Notes: a model not told the origin generated them from the letters alone. A stretch of DNA of 64,000 nt from Dehalococcoidia bacterium (GCA_009379925.1 WHSU01000014.1:18611-82610); one strand, 5' to 3'; numbered from the stretch's first letter, positions 25,756 through 35,767 are shown. Made by a program: numbers and translations.

Positions 25756-25973
25756 GTGCGCGGCTCGAAGTGGATGTCGCCGGCGTCGCGTGCGGTATAG
25801 CCAGGCCCCGAGGACTCAGCGATCCCAATGCTCCGCGGCATCGGGCGCCGCGCGGCAGCCTTCTCCTCCACGGCCTCCCGGATGAACCCGGCCATGGAGG
25901 TACCTCGCTCAGCCGCGAGGACTTTGATGCGCTTCAGCAGGTCATCAGGTAGAGAGATCGTGGTGCGTGCCAT
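25740..25973 (-). CDS. vapB: type II antitoxin VapB (RHH/CopG type)
   Basis: MARTTISLPDDLLKRIKVLAAERGTSMAGFIREAVEEK. It overlaps vapC by 16 nt. Confidence 0.8.
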   Translation of the reverse strand: MARTTISLPDDLLKRIKVLAAERGTSMAGFIREAVEEKAAARRPMPRSIGIAESSGPGYTARDAGDIHFEPRTWRSS

Positions 25974-25990
25974 GACATCATGATGTCATG
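25971..25990. promoter_or_regulatory. perfect 20-bp palindrome at the vapB start (candidate VapB/VapBC operator)
   Basis: CATGACATCATGATGTCATG, followed by a third half-site TGACATCA (25993-26000). It spans the vapB ATG. Confidence 0.65.
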
Positions 25991-26005
25991 GCTGACATCA
26001 CTTGT

Positions 26006-27295
26006 CTACTCCCTGACGAGCGCCTCCAGCTCGTCCGGCGCGGAGGGGATGCCTCCGCTGAGGTTGCGCCGCCCGTCCGGAGTCACGAGAACGTCGTCTT
26101 CGATGCGGATGCCGATGCCCCGCAGTGGCTCCGGGATGCCCGGCGTCTCAGCCGCCAGATAGAGCCCGGGCTCCACGGTCAGCACCATCCCCGGCGCCAG
26201 TGGTGTCGAGGTCTCCCCCGAGCGGTAAGGACCGACATCGTGCACATCGAGGCCGAGCCAGTGCGACGTGGAGTGCATGTAGTACGGCCGGTACGTCTGC
26301 TCCTCGATGGCGGCATCGACGTCGCCAGTGAGGATCTCGAGGTCGATCAACCCCTCGACAAGCACGCGGAGCGACGCCTGGTGGACGTCATGGAACGGCA
26401 CGCCGGGCGCGGTCGCCTCGATGCCGCGCCGTTGCGCCTCCAGGACGATATCGTAGACGGCGCGCTGCTCGGGTGTGAAACGTCCGTTGGCCGGCGCGGT
26501 GCGCGTGACATCCGCGCTGTAATAGTCCCATTCAGCGCCGGTATCGAGCAACAGCAAGTCGCCGTCCTCGATGACGCGGCGGTTCGAGGTGTAGTGCAGC
26601 GTGCAGGACATGGGGCCGGAGGCCACGATCGAAGGGAAGCCGTTGCGCGGCGAGCCGCTGCGGCGGTACTCCGCCTCCAGCACCGCCTGCACCTCGTACT
26701 CCCGCATGCCGGGACGCAGCGCTTTCCAGGCCGCCCGCAGGCCGGCGCCCGTCACGTCGATGGCTTGCTGCAGGGCGGTGATCTCCGCCTCGGTCTTGAT
26801 GAGCCGAAGCCCGTCGACCGCTGGCGTTGGGTCGAGCAGGCGCGCGATTGGCGCGGGACCTCGCTGTGAGCCGTCCCGCCGCCGCTCGACCATGCTCGAA
26901 ACGGCGCGATCCACGCGGTCATCCGCTCCGAGCGCGACGTGGACCGCGTCCGCGTCCTTCAGCAAGTCGGGCAAGAGCTCCTCGAACTGCTCGATCGGAT
27001 ATGCGGCGTCCGCGCCGAACTGCTCGACCGCGCCCTCCACGCCCGCGCGCGGGCCCACCCAGACCGCCATCTCCGGATCGTGGGGGCTCACGAAGAGCAC
27101 GAACGGCTCATCGTGGCCGGGACGGAGGACAGCGATCGCGTCCGGCTCCTCGAAGCCGGTCAGGTAGAGGAACGTCGAGTCCTGGCGAAACTCGAAGTCG
27201 ACGTCTCCATTGCGGCGCACCTCGTGGGCGGCGGCGAAGATCGCAGCGCCCTCGCCCAGCGCCTCCATGAGCCGTGTACGGCGCTCTGCGAACAT
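26006..27295 (-). CDS. pepP: Xaa-Pro aminopeptidase (M24B family)
   Basis: MFAERRTRLMEAL... is the creatinase/AMP_N-like N-domain (FRQDSTFLYLTGF). The C-terminal pita-bread domain has DTGAEWDYYSADVTRT, HSTSHWLGLDVHD, VLTVEPGLY and GIRIEDDVLVT. Confidence 0.85.
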   Translation of the reverse strand: MFAERRTRLMEALGEGAAIFAAAHEVRRNGDVDFEFRQDSTFLYLTGFEEPDAIAVLRPGHDEPFVLFVSPHDPEMAVWVGPRAGVEGAVEQFGADAAYPIEQFEELLPDLLKDADAVHVALGADDRVDRAVSSMVERRRDGSQRGPAPIARLLDPTPAVDGLRLIKTEAEITALQQAIDVTGAGLRAAWKALRPGMREYEVQAVLEAEYRRSGSPRNGFPSIVASGPMSCTLHYTSNRRVIEDGDLLLLDTGAEWDYYSADVTRTAPANGRFTPEQRAVYDIVLEAQRRGIEATAPGVPFHDVHQASLRVLVEGLIDLEILTGDVDAAIEEQTYRPYYMHSTSHWLGLDVHDVGPYRSGETSTPLAPGMVLTVEPGLYLAAETPGIPEPLRGIGIRIEDDVLVTPDGRRNLSGGIPSAPDELEALVRE

Positions 27296-27478
27296 GCTGG
27301 CTCCGTCCCTGCATTCCCGGTGGTCTTCGACGGTCGCGAGGCGCATTGCCGGTGTCAAGCAGCGGGCGCGTGCTCGCTGCCGGCGGTCGGGCGGCCTCGG
27401 CGAATGCAGGCCTCGAAGGTGGCGGCGTGGCCGGTGATTGCCGGCAGGACGACGGAGTCGAGGAGCATTGAGGCGCCC

Positions 27479-28765
27479 TCAGAACGCCAGATAGCGTAGC
27501 CATAGGTACGCCGTAGCGATCAGCATGCTGGCCAGCACGGTCGGGATGCCCCAGAGCAGGAACTCGACGAAGCGGATCGGGTGGCCGCCTCGCTCGGCGA
27601 GGCTGGCGACCAGCACGTTCGCCGAGGCGCCAATCACCGTGAGGTTGCCGCCGAGGTCGGCGCCCATGGCCAGCGCCCACCACAGGACGGATGTCCCGTC
27701 GTCCTCCGTCAGCCCGATACCCGCGTTCAACTCATCGACGATCGGTAGCATCGTCACCGTGTAAGGGATGTTGTCGATGATGCCCGAGAGGAGCCCGGAC
27801 ATCCAGAGCAGGATGAGCGCACTGGCCACCTCGGAACCGCCGGCCAGATCTGCCGCTCGCTCGCCTACAGAAGCCAGCACCCCGGTCTCCTCGAGGCCCG
27901 CGACGACGATGAAGAGGCCGATGAAGAAGAACAGGGTGGTCCATTCGATTTCGCGGAGAGCGTGGTGCGGATCGGCCCGGGTGAGCAAGAGCAGCAACGA
28001 CCCCCCCATGAGGGCAACCGCCGCGGGGTCATAGCCCAGCGGCCCTTGCAGCAGGAAGCCCGCCAACGTGAGCGCGAGCACACCGAGAGAGACCCAGAGC
28101 AGCCGGTAGTCCTTGATCAACTCGGTGTCGTCCAGGTCCATCACGCGCTGGCGGGCCTCATCGGTGATGGCGGTTGAGCGCCCGGCGATCATCCAAGCGA
28201 CGCCGAGAAATCCGGCGATCGTGATGATCGGAACCGGAGCGATGTTGAGCATAAACTCGACGAATCCGATGTCAGCATGCGCAGCGATCAGGATGTTCGG
28301 CGGGTCTCCAATCAGCGTCGCTGTCCCACCGATGTTCGAAGCGAGCGCGATCGCGATCAGCCCCGGGACCGGCCTGACGTTCAGCGTGCTCGAAACGACC
28401 AGGGCGACCGGGGCGATCAGCACCACCGTCGTGACGTTGTCCAGGAACGCGGAGAGCACGGCGGTGACGGCGCAGAGGATGACGAGGACGCCCGGTGGGG
28501 AGCCGCGCGCAACCTTTGCGGCGCGGACCGCGATCCACTGGAAGACACCCGTGCTCGCCATGGTGTTCGCGATGATCATCATGCCGGCGAGCAGAAAGAT
28601 GACGTGAAGGTCGACGGCCTCGAAGGCCTGCTCCGTGTCGAGCACCCGGAGCAGGATGAGCGCCATACCGCCGGCCAGGGCGGCCGTGGTCTTGTGGACC
28701 CGTTCCGAGATGATGGCCGCATACGTGATCAGGAACACGACCACAGCGATCGACGCGTCGCTCAA
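27479..28765 (-). CDS. ArsB/NhaD (CitMHS-like) family anion permease
   Basis: 428 aa polytopic membrane protein. Family-like segments are FLLAGMMIIANTMASTGVFQWIA and ASNIGGTATLIGDPPNILIA. Confidence 0.75.
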   Translation of the reverse strand: MSDASIAVVVFLITYAAIISERVHKTTAALAGGMALILLRVLDTEQAFEAVDLHVIFLLAGMMIIANTMASTGVFQWIAVRAAKVARGSPPGVLVILCAVTAVLSAFLDNVTTVVLIAPVALVVSSTLNVRPVPGLIAIALASNIGGTATLIGDPPNILIAAHADIGFVEFMLNIAPVPIITIAGFLGVAWMIAGRSTAITDEARQRVMDLDDTELIKDYRLLWVSLGVLALTLAGFLLQGPLGYDPAAVALMGGSLLLLLTRADPHHALREIEWTTLFFFIGLFIVVAGLEETGVLASVGERAADLAGGSEVASALILLWMSGLLSGIIDNIPYTVTMLPIVDELNAGIGLTEDDGTSVLWWALAMGADLGGNLTVIGASANVLVASLAERGGHPIRFVEFLLWGIPTVLASMLIATAYLWLRYLAF

Positions 28766-28897
28766 GGCAATCAGTCCTCGTGGCCCATCTCGCGGGGTAT
28801 GGCGGCCGTCGGCCGCCGGGACGGCTGCGGCCCGACGTGGAACCGTAGCCCAGCGTCTGCTTACGGTCGCGTCACCACCCCTGCGGCCAGACAGCGG

Positions 28898-29710
28898 TCA
28901 TAGCGCCCCCCAGGCCATCCGCACGGCGACCACGATGAGTCCCGCGGCCAGGGCGCGCATGAGCGGGCCTTCACCCAGCGTGCGCCTCAGCCGGTGCCCG
29001 GCGGGCGTAGCGAGCACGACGCCGGCGCCGAGCCACGGCACATCGCGCAGCGGGTCCCCCGCGTGACCGAGCCCGACGTGGAACAGCACGACGACGACAG
29101 ACTGGATGACGATCAGCAGGTGCATCGAGGGCACAGCTACCGCGTGAGGCACGCGCATGACTCGGGTCATGATCGGGATGCCCAGCGTGCCGCCGCCGAT
29201 GCCGCCCAGTGCGGCCATGAACGAGGCTGCGACGTTCGGGAGGATGCTGGCCCGGATGGGAATCCCGTAGGAGAAGATCGTCCCGCTGCGATCCACGAGG
29301 CGCCGGCGCCAGGCCGGCTGCACGGGCGGCTGGACCCCGGCGGTCGGCCGCCACAGCACGTACAGCGCGAGCAGCCCGAGTAGCGCCGCGAAGCCGAGTT
29401 CGAACGCCCGTCGGGGCACGAGTGACGTGCCGACCGCGCCGAACAGTCCGGCGGGGACGGCTACCAGGGCCAGTGCCAGCACCAGCCTGTGGTCCACCCG
29501 GCCCTCGCGGGCCACGGTCGCCGAGGCAGCGCCGCTGGCGAGGGCTACGACCGTCAGCGACGCGGTGGTGACCAGTGCCGGCTCCGCATCGGGGTAGCGC
29601 AACAGGAGCAGTGGCGCGACGAGGAAGCCGCCACCGGCGCCGATCGCCGTGGCATAGACGCCAATGACGTAGCCGGCGGCGAAGAGCGCGACGACCTCGG
29701 GCGCGCTCAT
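28898..29710 (-). CDS. TauE/SafE family sulfite/anion exporter
   Basis: 270 aa with ~8 TM segments. AIGAGGGFLVAPLLLL and ALGGIGGGTLGIPIM are the duplicated motifs typical of the family. Confidence 0.75.
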   Translation of the reverse strand: MSAPEVVALFAAGYVIGVYATAIGAGGGFLVAPLLLLRYPDAEPALVTTASLTVVALASGAASATVAREGRVDHRLVLALALVAVPAGLFGAVGTSLVPRRAFELGFAALLGLLALYVLWRPTAGVQPPVQPAWRRRLVDRSGTIFSYGIPIRASILPNVAASFMAALGGIGGGTLGIPIMTRVMRVPHAVAVPSMHLLIVIQSVVVVLFHVGLGHAGDPLRDVPWLGAGVVLATPAGHRLRRTLGEGPLMRALAAGLIVVAVRMAWGAL

Positions 29711-29783
29711 GGGGCGCGAGCAGGATGCCCGGGCAAGCAGCCGCGCCGGACCCCTCGGCGGGCTCGACGTGCGGGGCGTGTGG

Positions 29784-31136
29784 TCAGAACGTGCGCGGGA
29801 CGACCTCCGGAGGATAGGTGGTGCCTACGAGTCCCTGCTCGATGAGCGACTGGTACTCCTCGTGGGAATAACCGAGGAGATCGAGGTAGACCTGCTCGTT
29901 GTGTTCGCCGAGCTTGGGCGGCGGCACGTGGAGCCGGTTGGGCGTGTTCGCCATCCGGAACAGCAATCCGGGGTAGGGGTGCGTGCCGACGCCCTCCATG
30001 GTGATCGGCTGGAACCACTCCCGCGCCTCCAGGTCGGGGCACGCGAGGGCCTCGAGTTCGTCCTGCACCGGGCCGCAGGTGACGCCGGCGTCCTGCAGCG
30101 CGTGGAACAGCGGCATCTTATCGTGCGGACGCGTACGTTCGGCCAGGAGCGCGTCCAGGTCGTCCGCGTGCAGCCAGCGCTGCGGCCCCGTCGCGAAGCG
30201 CTCGTCGCGCGTCCATTCCGGCGCCTCCAGGATCCGGCACAGCGCCTCGAACTCCTCGTCGCTCGCGACATCGATGGCGATCCACTGGTCATCCCCGGCG
30301 GTCGGGTAGACGCCGTGGGGGGCGTGCGCCGCGTGCCCGTTGCCCTGTGGCGGGGCGACGCGGCCGTTCATGGTGTAGTCCAGGATGTACTCACCGAGCG
30401 CCGGCAGGAACGCCTCCGCCAGCGGCATCTCGATCTGCTGACCGCGCCCGCTGTGCTCTCGGTGTCGCAGGGCCATCGTCACCGCCAGGGCGCCCATCAC
30501 GCCGGCAATCGCGTCCGCTGTGAACGCGTCACCCGTCGCCTCGGGCGTCATGTCGCGGTACCCGCGCAGGTAGTGGTGCCCGATCATCCCCTCGACGTGA
30601 GTGCCGAAACCACGGTAGCCCCGATACGGTCCATCGAGGCCGTACGCCGGCATGCGCAGCATGATCAGCCGCGGGTTGACCTCCGAGAGCACATCCCAGG
30701 TGAGGCCTGCCCGCTCGATGGTGGTGGGGACGTTGTTCTCGACGAAGACGTCCGACTGCTCGATCAGGCGCAGGAAGGCCTCGCGGCCCGCGGGCGACAT
30801 CACGTCGCATGTCATCGATCGCTTATGTCGCGCGTGTGCGTTGAAGCTAGGCGAGCGGTTCCACGGGTCCTCGCCGGGGTCGAAGTCCGGGTAGGCGGAC
30901 TGCAGCACGCCCTGATCCGCGGCGCGCATCGCTTGCGCCTTCGACATCACGCGCTCGCCACCACGGGAGTACGGCTGGATGCGGTTCATCGGCTCCACGC
31001 GCACCACATCGGCGCCCCATTCGCCGAGGAGTTGCGTGACGTGCGGTCCCGCCCACACCACCGTGATGTCCGCGACCCTGACGCCCTCGAGAGGCAGCCG
31101 GTGCTGCTCGTCCCGTCCGTTGGCCTGATCTGCCAT
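29784..31136 (-). CDS. family III CoA-transferase (CaiB/BaiF)
   Basis: LPLEGVRVADITVVWAGPHVTQLLGEWGADVVRVEP is the N-terminal signature. 450 aa. Confidence 0.85.
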   Translation of the reverse strand: MADQANGRDEQHRLPLEGVRVADITVVWAGPHVTQLLGEWGADVVRVEPMNRIQPYSRGGERVMSKAQAMRAADQGVLQSAYPDFDPGEDPWNRSPSFNAHARHKRSMTCDVMSPAGREAFLRLIEQSDVFVENNVPTTIERAGLTWDVLSEVNPRLIMLRMPAYGLDGPYRGYRGFGTHVEGMIGHHYLRGYRDMTPEATGDAFTADAIAGVMGALAVTMALRHREHSGRGQQIEMPLAEAFLPALGEYILDYTMNGRVAPPQGNGHAAHAPHGVYPTAGDDQWIAIDVASDEEFEALCRILEAPEWTRDERFATGPQRWLHADDLDALLAERTRPHDKMPLFHALQDAGVTCGPVQDELEALACPDLEAREWFQPITMEGVGTHPYPGLLFRMANTPNRLHVPPPKLGEHNEQVYLDLLGYSHEEYQSLIEQGLVGTTYPPEVVPRTF

Positions 31137-31148
31137 CGCCGGCCCTCC

Positions 31149-32357
31149 CTAGATCACACCGGCCGCGCGCAGGCGCGGCAGGTCCTCACGCGCGTAGCCG
31201 AGCCGGTCGACCAGCACCTCAACGGTGTGCTGCCCGAGGAGCGGCGCGTGGCAGGAGGGCTGCTTGGGGGTATCCGAGAGGATCAACTGACGGCCCGTGT
31301 ATTCGATGGGCCCGGTCATCGGGTGGTCGATGGTTTCCCAGACGCCGCGGCCCCGGTAGTGCGGGTCGTTCACCAGGTCCGCCGTGGTGAAGATCGCTCC
31401 TCCCAGGACACCGAGCGCCTGCGTCTTCGCGACCGCCTCCTGCTTCGGTGTCTGCAGTAGCCACGTGAGCCAGGCCGTCTCGACCTCCTCCACGAACTCG
31501 GGTGGCATCTCAAGCAGGGGCAGGCCAAGTTCCGGTCGAGCGGCCAGGTCGCCGCGGCCGATCATCTCCAGGACGCCTCGGAAGTGGCGGCCTCCGCCGG
31601 CCAACAGGTTCACGTAGCCGTCCGCGCACGGCCGTACACCCGTAGCCATACGCATGCCGGGCCGCTGCCGCTTCGCGGAACGGCCGACGTATGCCGTGGC
31701 GGTCATGTACACCGTGCGACGGTCGCGGAAGCCCATCTGCGCCTCGTAGACCGCGACGTCGATGCAGTCGCCGGCGCCGCCCTGCTCGACGCGCCAGCGG
31801 GCAAGCATCATAGCGTAGGCGGCGGAGAGGCCGGCGTGGTAGTGGGCCACGTTGCCACCGCTCTTCACGGGCTCGCGTTCGGCTGTGCCGTTGAGGTGAA
31901 GCGGCCCGCCCATCGCCTGCAAGGTGATCTCCGAGGCGCGGTAGTCGCGGTACGGCCCGTCCTGGCCGAAGGGCGTGATCGACGCGAAGACCAGGTCGTC
32001 GCGGCCCTCGCTCAGCGCGTCCCAGCCGATGCCCCACTCGTCGAGCTGGCCGGGCCGGAAGTCCTCGATGACCAGGTCCGCCTCGGCGGCCAGGCGGCGG
32101 ACGATGCCCTGGGCTTCGCGGTCCGCAAGGTTGAGGGCGATGCCCTGCTTGTTCGTGTTCAGATGCAGGAAGAGCGCGCTGGTCTCCGCGTTCGGCTCAT
32201 CGCGCAGGAAGGGACCGGCGCGGCGCGACGGGTCACCGTCTGGCGCCTCCACTTTGAGCACCTCGGCGCCGTAGTCCGCCATGACCTTGCCGGCGAACGG
32301 CCCGGCGACGTTCCGCGCCAGCTCCAGGACGCGGATCCCCTCCAACAGCTCGGCCAT
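31149..32357 (-). CDS. family III CoA-transferase (CaiB/BaiF)
   Basis: LEGIRVLELARNVAGPFAGKVMADYGAEVLKVEAPDGDPSR. 402 aa, 12 nt upstream of its paralog. Confidence 0.85.
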   Translation of the reverse strand: MAELLEGIRVLELARNVAGPFAGKVMADYGAEVLKVEAPDGDPSRRAGPFLRDEPNAETSALFLHLNTNKQGIALNLADREAQGIVRRLAAEADLVIEDFRPGQLDEWGIGWDALSEGRDDLVFASITPFGQDGPYRDYRASEITLQAMGGPLHLNGTAEREPVKSGGNVAHYHAGLSAAYAMMLARWRVEQGGAGDCIDVAVYEAQMGFRDRRTVYMTATAYVGRSAKRQRPGMRMATGVRPCADGYVNLLAGGGRHFRGVLEMIGRGDLAARPELGLPLLEMPPEFVEEVETAWLTWLLQTPKQEAVAKTQALGVLGGAIFTTADLVNDPHYRGRGVWETIDHPMTGPIEYTGRQLILSDTPKQPSCHAPLLGQHTVEVLVDRLGYAREDLPRLRAAGVI

Positions 32358-32399
32358 CTCCCCCTCCGTCCGGCCGTGGCGTGCCCCGAGACTCCGATG

Positions 32400-33197
32400 T
32401 CAGCGCCCGTGGAACTCCGGGTCGCGTTGTTCCACGAACGACGTGAACCCCTCCCGCGCGTCCTCGGTGCGCAGCAACGTGGACTGGTACGTCCACTCGG
32501 TCTCGAGCAAGGCCCGTTGCGGCACATCGAGCGAACGCTGCACCAGGCGTCGCATGTACGTGTAGGCGAGCGGTGGCCCGGTCGCGATCTCATGCGCGAA
32601 GGCATGCGCTTCATCGATCAGCCGGTCATCCGGAACCACGCGGTTGACGAGGCCGACCTCGAGCGCGCGCTTCGCATCCACCAGGCCGCCGTCGTAGAGC
32701 AGTTCGTAGGCCCGCGCGGCGCCCACAATGCGCGGGAGCCAGTAGGCGACGCCGTAGTCGGTGGAGAGGCCGCGCTTGATGAAGATCGGGCCGATGCGGG
32801 CGGACTCGGCCATGAAGCGCACGTCGCAGTTCAGTGCGATCCCGAAGCCTGCGCCGGCTGCCGCGCCATTAATCGCGCCGATGACGGGGACATCGCAGGC
32901 GCTGAACGCCTCGACCATGCGCCCCGAGCCGCCGAAATGGTCCTGCGTCTCGTGCCGCGAGCGCGGCGCCCCTCGCTGACCGGGCGCTTCCCGGCTGATC
33001 TCGGCGCCGGCCGAAAAGGCGCGTCCGGCGCCGGTGACCACCACCGCGCGGACATCGTCGTCGCGGGAGGCCCGGTCGAGCGCCTCGGCGAGGCCCGCCG
33101 TGAGGCCGGCGTTCAGGGTGTTCATGCGCTCGGGCCGATTCAGGGTGACGAGCATCACCCCGTGTTCGTCGACCTCGACGACCACCTCGTCCGACAT
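32400..33197 (-). CDS. enoyl-CoA hydratase/isomerase (crotonase) family
   Basis: VMLVTLNRPERMNTLN...VVVTGAGRAFSAGAEI...PVIGAINGAAAGAGFGIALNCD. Confidence 0.85.
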   Translation of the reverse strand: MSDEVVVEVDEHGVMLVTLNRPERMNTLNAGLTAGLAEALDRASRDDDVRAVVVTGAGRAFSAGAEISREAPGQRGAPRSRHETQDHFGGSGRMVEAFSACDVPVIGAINGAAAGAGFGIALNCDVRFMAESARIGPIFIKRGLSTDYGVAYWLPRIVGAARAYELLYDGGLVDAKRALEVGLVNRVVPDDRLIDEAHAFAHEIATGPPLAYTYMRRLVQRSLDVPQRALLETEWTYQSTLLRTEDAREGFTSFVEQRDPEFHGR

Positions 33198-33339
33198 CGA
33201 TGCATCCCTTCACGGGAGAGCTGCTCCGGACCGCGTGCCGGGCGCGGCGACGATAGCATGCGCGGCATGCGTACAGACGGTATGTGACTGCACGGAAGGG
33301 GCGGCGGGGGGTGACCTGGGCTGCGAGGACGGGTACGGC

Positions 33340-33414
33340 TGGTCCCCCCGCCAGGACTCGAACCTGGGCACATGGTTTAGGAAACCACTGCTCTATCCAC
33401 TGAGCTACGGGGGG
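33340..33414 (-). tRNA. tRNA-Arg (anticodon CCT), CCA encoded
   Basis: Hand-folded: CCCCCCG TA GCTC AGTGGATA GAGC A GTGGT TTCCTAA ACCAT GTGC CCAGG TTCGAGT CCTGG CGGGGGG A CCA. Confidence 0.85.
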
Positions 33415-33499
33415 ACGGGGCACTGGGCGGCCGGCTCATTCCATCTTAGGCGACCGAGGCGGTTGGAGGGACTGCTATGCTCGGCGCCGGGAGGGCGCG

Positions 33500-34459
33500 A
33501 TGCACCAGTTGAACCTCGAGGCGTTCCGGCCAGCGGCGATTAGCGCGGACACGGCCGAGTACAACCAGCGGGTGGCGGACATGATGGCGCAGGCGCCGCC
33601 GACGCACTCGCTCGAGCCGCAGGTGGTGCGGGAAGCTCGGAAGCGTGGCGGTGGCGTCTCGGGCCCACCGGTCTACGTGGAGCAGGCGCAGCAGCGGACG
33701 CTGCCGTGCCGGGCGGGGGATATCCCCGTGCGCGTGTTCGTGCCGGCGCAGGTGCGCGGGGTCTACCTGCACTTCCACGGCGGCGGCTGGGTGCTGGGGT
33801 CGGCCGACGGGCAGGACCCGCGGCTCTGGGATCTGGCGACGGCCGCCGAGGTGGCCGTGATCAGCGTCGAGTACCGCCTGGCGCCGGAGCACCCCTACCC
33901 CGCCGGCCCGGACGACTGCGAGGCGGCTGCCGCGTGGCTCGTGGAGCACGTCCAGTCGGAGTTCGGGACCGACCGCATCGCGGTCGGTGGCGAGTCGGCG
34001 GGCGCGCACCTGGCCGCGAACACGTTGCTGCGCATGCGTGACCGCCACGGCTACACCGGCTTCGCCGCTGCGAACCTGGTCTTCGGGGTGTACGACCTGG
34101 GGCGGACGCCGAGCCAGGAGACCAGCGAGGACGCGGTGGTCATCCCGAGGCCCACGATGGAGTGGTTCTACGACCACTACTGCCCGGACGCCTCGATGCG
34201 GCGCGACCCCGATCTGTCGCCGATGTACGCGGACCTGACGGGGCTGCCGCCCGCGCGCTTCTCCGTCGGGACGCTGGACCCGCTGCTCGACGACTCGATC
34301 CTGATGGCGAAACGCTGGACGCATGCGGGGAACGAGGCGGAATTGCGGCTCTACCCGGGCGGCTTCCACGGCTTCATCAGCTGGCCGGGACTCAAGCTCG
34401 GCGAGCAGGCCAACCTCGATACGATCGAGTTCATCCGGTCGGTGATGGGCGCGCGCTAG
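33500..34459 (+). CDS. alpha/beta hydrolase, HSL-type esterase/lipase
   Basis: LHFHGGGWVLGS (oxyanion HGGG), GGESAGAHLA (GxSxG), C-terminal DPLLDD...GGFHGF. Confidence 0.85.
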   Translation: MHQLNLEAFRPAAISADTAEYNQRVADMMAQAPPTHSLEPQVVREARKRGGGVSGPPVYVEQAQQRTLPCRAGDIPVRVFVPAQVRGVYLHFHGGGWVLGSADGQDPRLWDLATAAEVAVISVEYRLAPEHPYPAGPDDCEAAAAWLVEHVQSEFGTDRIAVGGESAGAHLAANTLLRMRDRHGYTGFAAANLVFGVYDLGRTPSQETSEDAVVIPRPTMEWFYDHYCPDASMRRDPDLSPMYADLTGLPPARFSVGTLDPLLDDSILMAKRWTHAGNEAELRLYPGGFHGFISWPGLKLGEQANLDTIEFIRSVMGAR

Positions 34460-34484
34460 TCACGCGTCGCGACCTCGGTCATGG

Positions 34485-35090
34485 TCACGCCTCGGATGCG
34501 CCGCGCTCGGACTCCCAGCGCGCCTTCGCGGCCGGCCACTCGTCCTCGAGGATGGTCATGAAGTGGGTGTCGACGTACTCGCCGTGTTCGAAAGCGTGGT
34601 GGCGCAGCACGCCATCGAGGCGGAAGCCGGCATTCTCGTAGCAGCGGATGGCGCGCTGGTTCGCGACCTCCGGGTCGATGGTCGCCCGATGCACGCCCTT
34701 CACCTCGAAGAGGTGCTGGAGCATCGTGCGGATGGCCTCGGTGCCCGCGCCGCGGTCACGGGCGTCGGGCTCGCCGATGAGGATGTCGATGCCCGCGGTC
34801 CATGAGTAGTCGGGGCCGGGGTAGGGGTGCCCGTACTGGATCTCGCCGATGCCACGCCCGTCGAGTTCGATGACGAAGCGCCAGCACGGGTCGACGTCAG
34901 GCTCCATGTAGTCCCGGCGCGCGGCATCGATATCGGCGGGTGGGTCGCCGTAGTAGCGCACCACCTCCGGGTCGGCCAACCACCTGAGCATGTCGGGCAG
35001 GTCGCGCTCTTCGATCGGACGGAAGCGCAGGCGCGGCCCCTCGATTGGCTCGTGGTCCACCGGCGAGGGGATGGTGTGGGCGTCGCTCAT
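34485..35090 (-). CDS. GNAT family N-acetyltransferase (aminoglycoside-acetyltransferase-like subgroup)
   Basis: Last 201 codons of ORF 34485..35954. LRFRPIEERDLPDMLRWLADPEVVRYY...RDRGAGTEAIRTMLQHLF...NQRAIRCYENAGFRLDG. Confidence 0.8.
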   Translation of the reverse strand: MSDAHTIPSPVDHEPIEGPRLRFRPIEERDLPDMLRWLADPEVVRYYGDPPADIDAARRDYMEPDVDPCWRFVIELDGRGIGEIQYGHPYPGPDYSWTAGIDILIGEPDARDRGAGTEAIRTMLQHLFEVKGVHRATIDPEVANQRAIRCYENAGFRLDGVLRHHAFEHGEYVDTHFMTILEDEWPAAKARWESERGASEA

Positions 35091-35098
35091 GGCGGCGC

Positions 35099-35767
35099 TC
35101 AGCGGTCCGGCACCCAGATGAGGCGCGCCGCCTCCAGGCCCAGCACCACCTCGCGTCCGTCGATCTCGAGGGTCATGGTGCCGCGGTAGGGCGCGACCTG
35201 GATCACCTTGACCGCCGCACCGGGCCGGATGCCTTCTTCGTCGAAGAAACGCAGGAGGGCCTCGTCCTCCTCGTACACGCGTTGCACCGTGGTGACATCG
35301 CCGTCCTTGAGGTCGGAGACGCGCCGCGTGGCGAGCGGGTGCGGGTGCTGCCCGGTGCCGGGGATGGGGTAGCCGAAGGGCGACACGTTCGGCGAGTCGA
35401 GGACGCCCACGATCAGCGGCTCCGTCACGTCCGAAATCGAGTGCTCCATGAGGTGCGCTTCCTCGTAGGCCCGCCACCACTCGAGGCCCAGCGTCTCGAC
35501 CAGCAGGCACTCCGCCAGGCGGTGGCGGCGCACCATCGTCTCGGCGCGTTCGAAGCCGGACTTCGTGAGGTGGATGCGCTTCCGCCCGTCCATGGTCACG
35601 AGTTGATCGCGGCGCAGGCGGGAAAGCATGCCGGCGACCGAGGCCGGCTTGATGCCCAGCCGTTCCGCGATGCGCGCCGCGATGACCTCGCTCTTCTCGT
35701 CGTGAGAGAGGCGGTAGATCGTGGTCAGCGCATCGTCGGACGCGACGTTGGTGACCTGCTTCGGCAT
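35099..35767 (-). CDS. DtxR/IdeR/MntR family metal-dependent repressor with FeoA/SH3-like C-domain
   Basis: VIAARIAERLGIKPASVAGMLSRLRRDQLV...RRHRLAECLLVETLGLEWWRAYEEAHLMEHSIS... The stop is 8 nt before the GNAT start. Confidence 0.85.
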   Translation of the reverse strand: MPKQVTNVASDDALTTIYRLSHDEKSEVIAARIAERLGIKPASVAGMLSRLRRDQLVTMDGRKRIHLTKSGFERAETMVRRHRLAECLLVETLGLEWWRAYEEAHLMEHSISDVTEPLIVGVLDSPNVSPFGYPIPGTGQHPHPLATRRVSDLKDGDVTTVQRVYEEDEALLRFFDEEGIRPGAAVKVIQVAPYRGTMTLEIDGREVVLGLEAARLIWVPDR

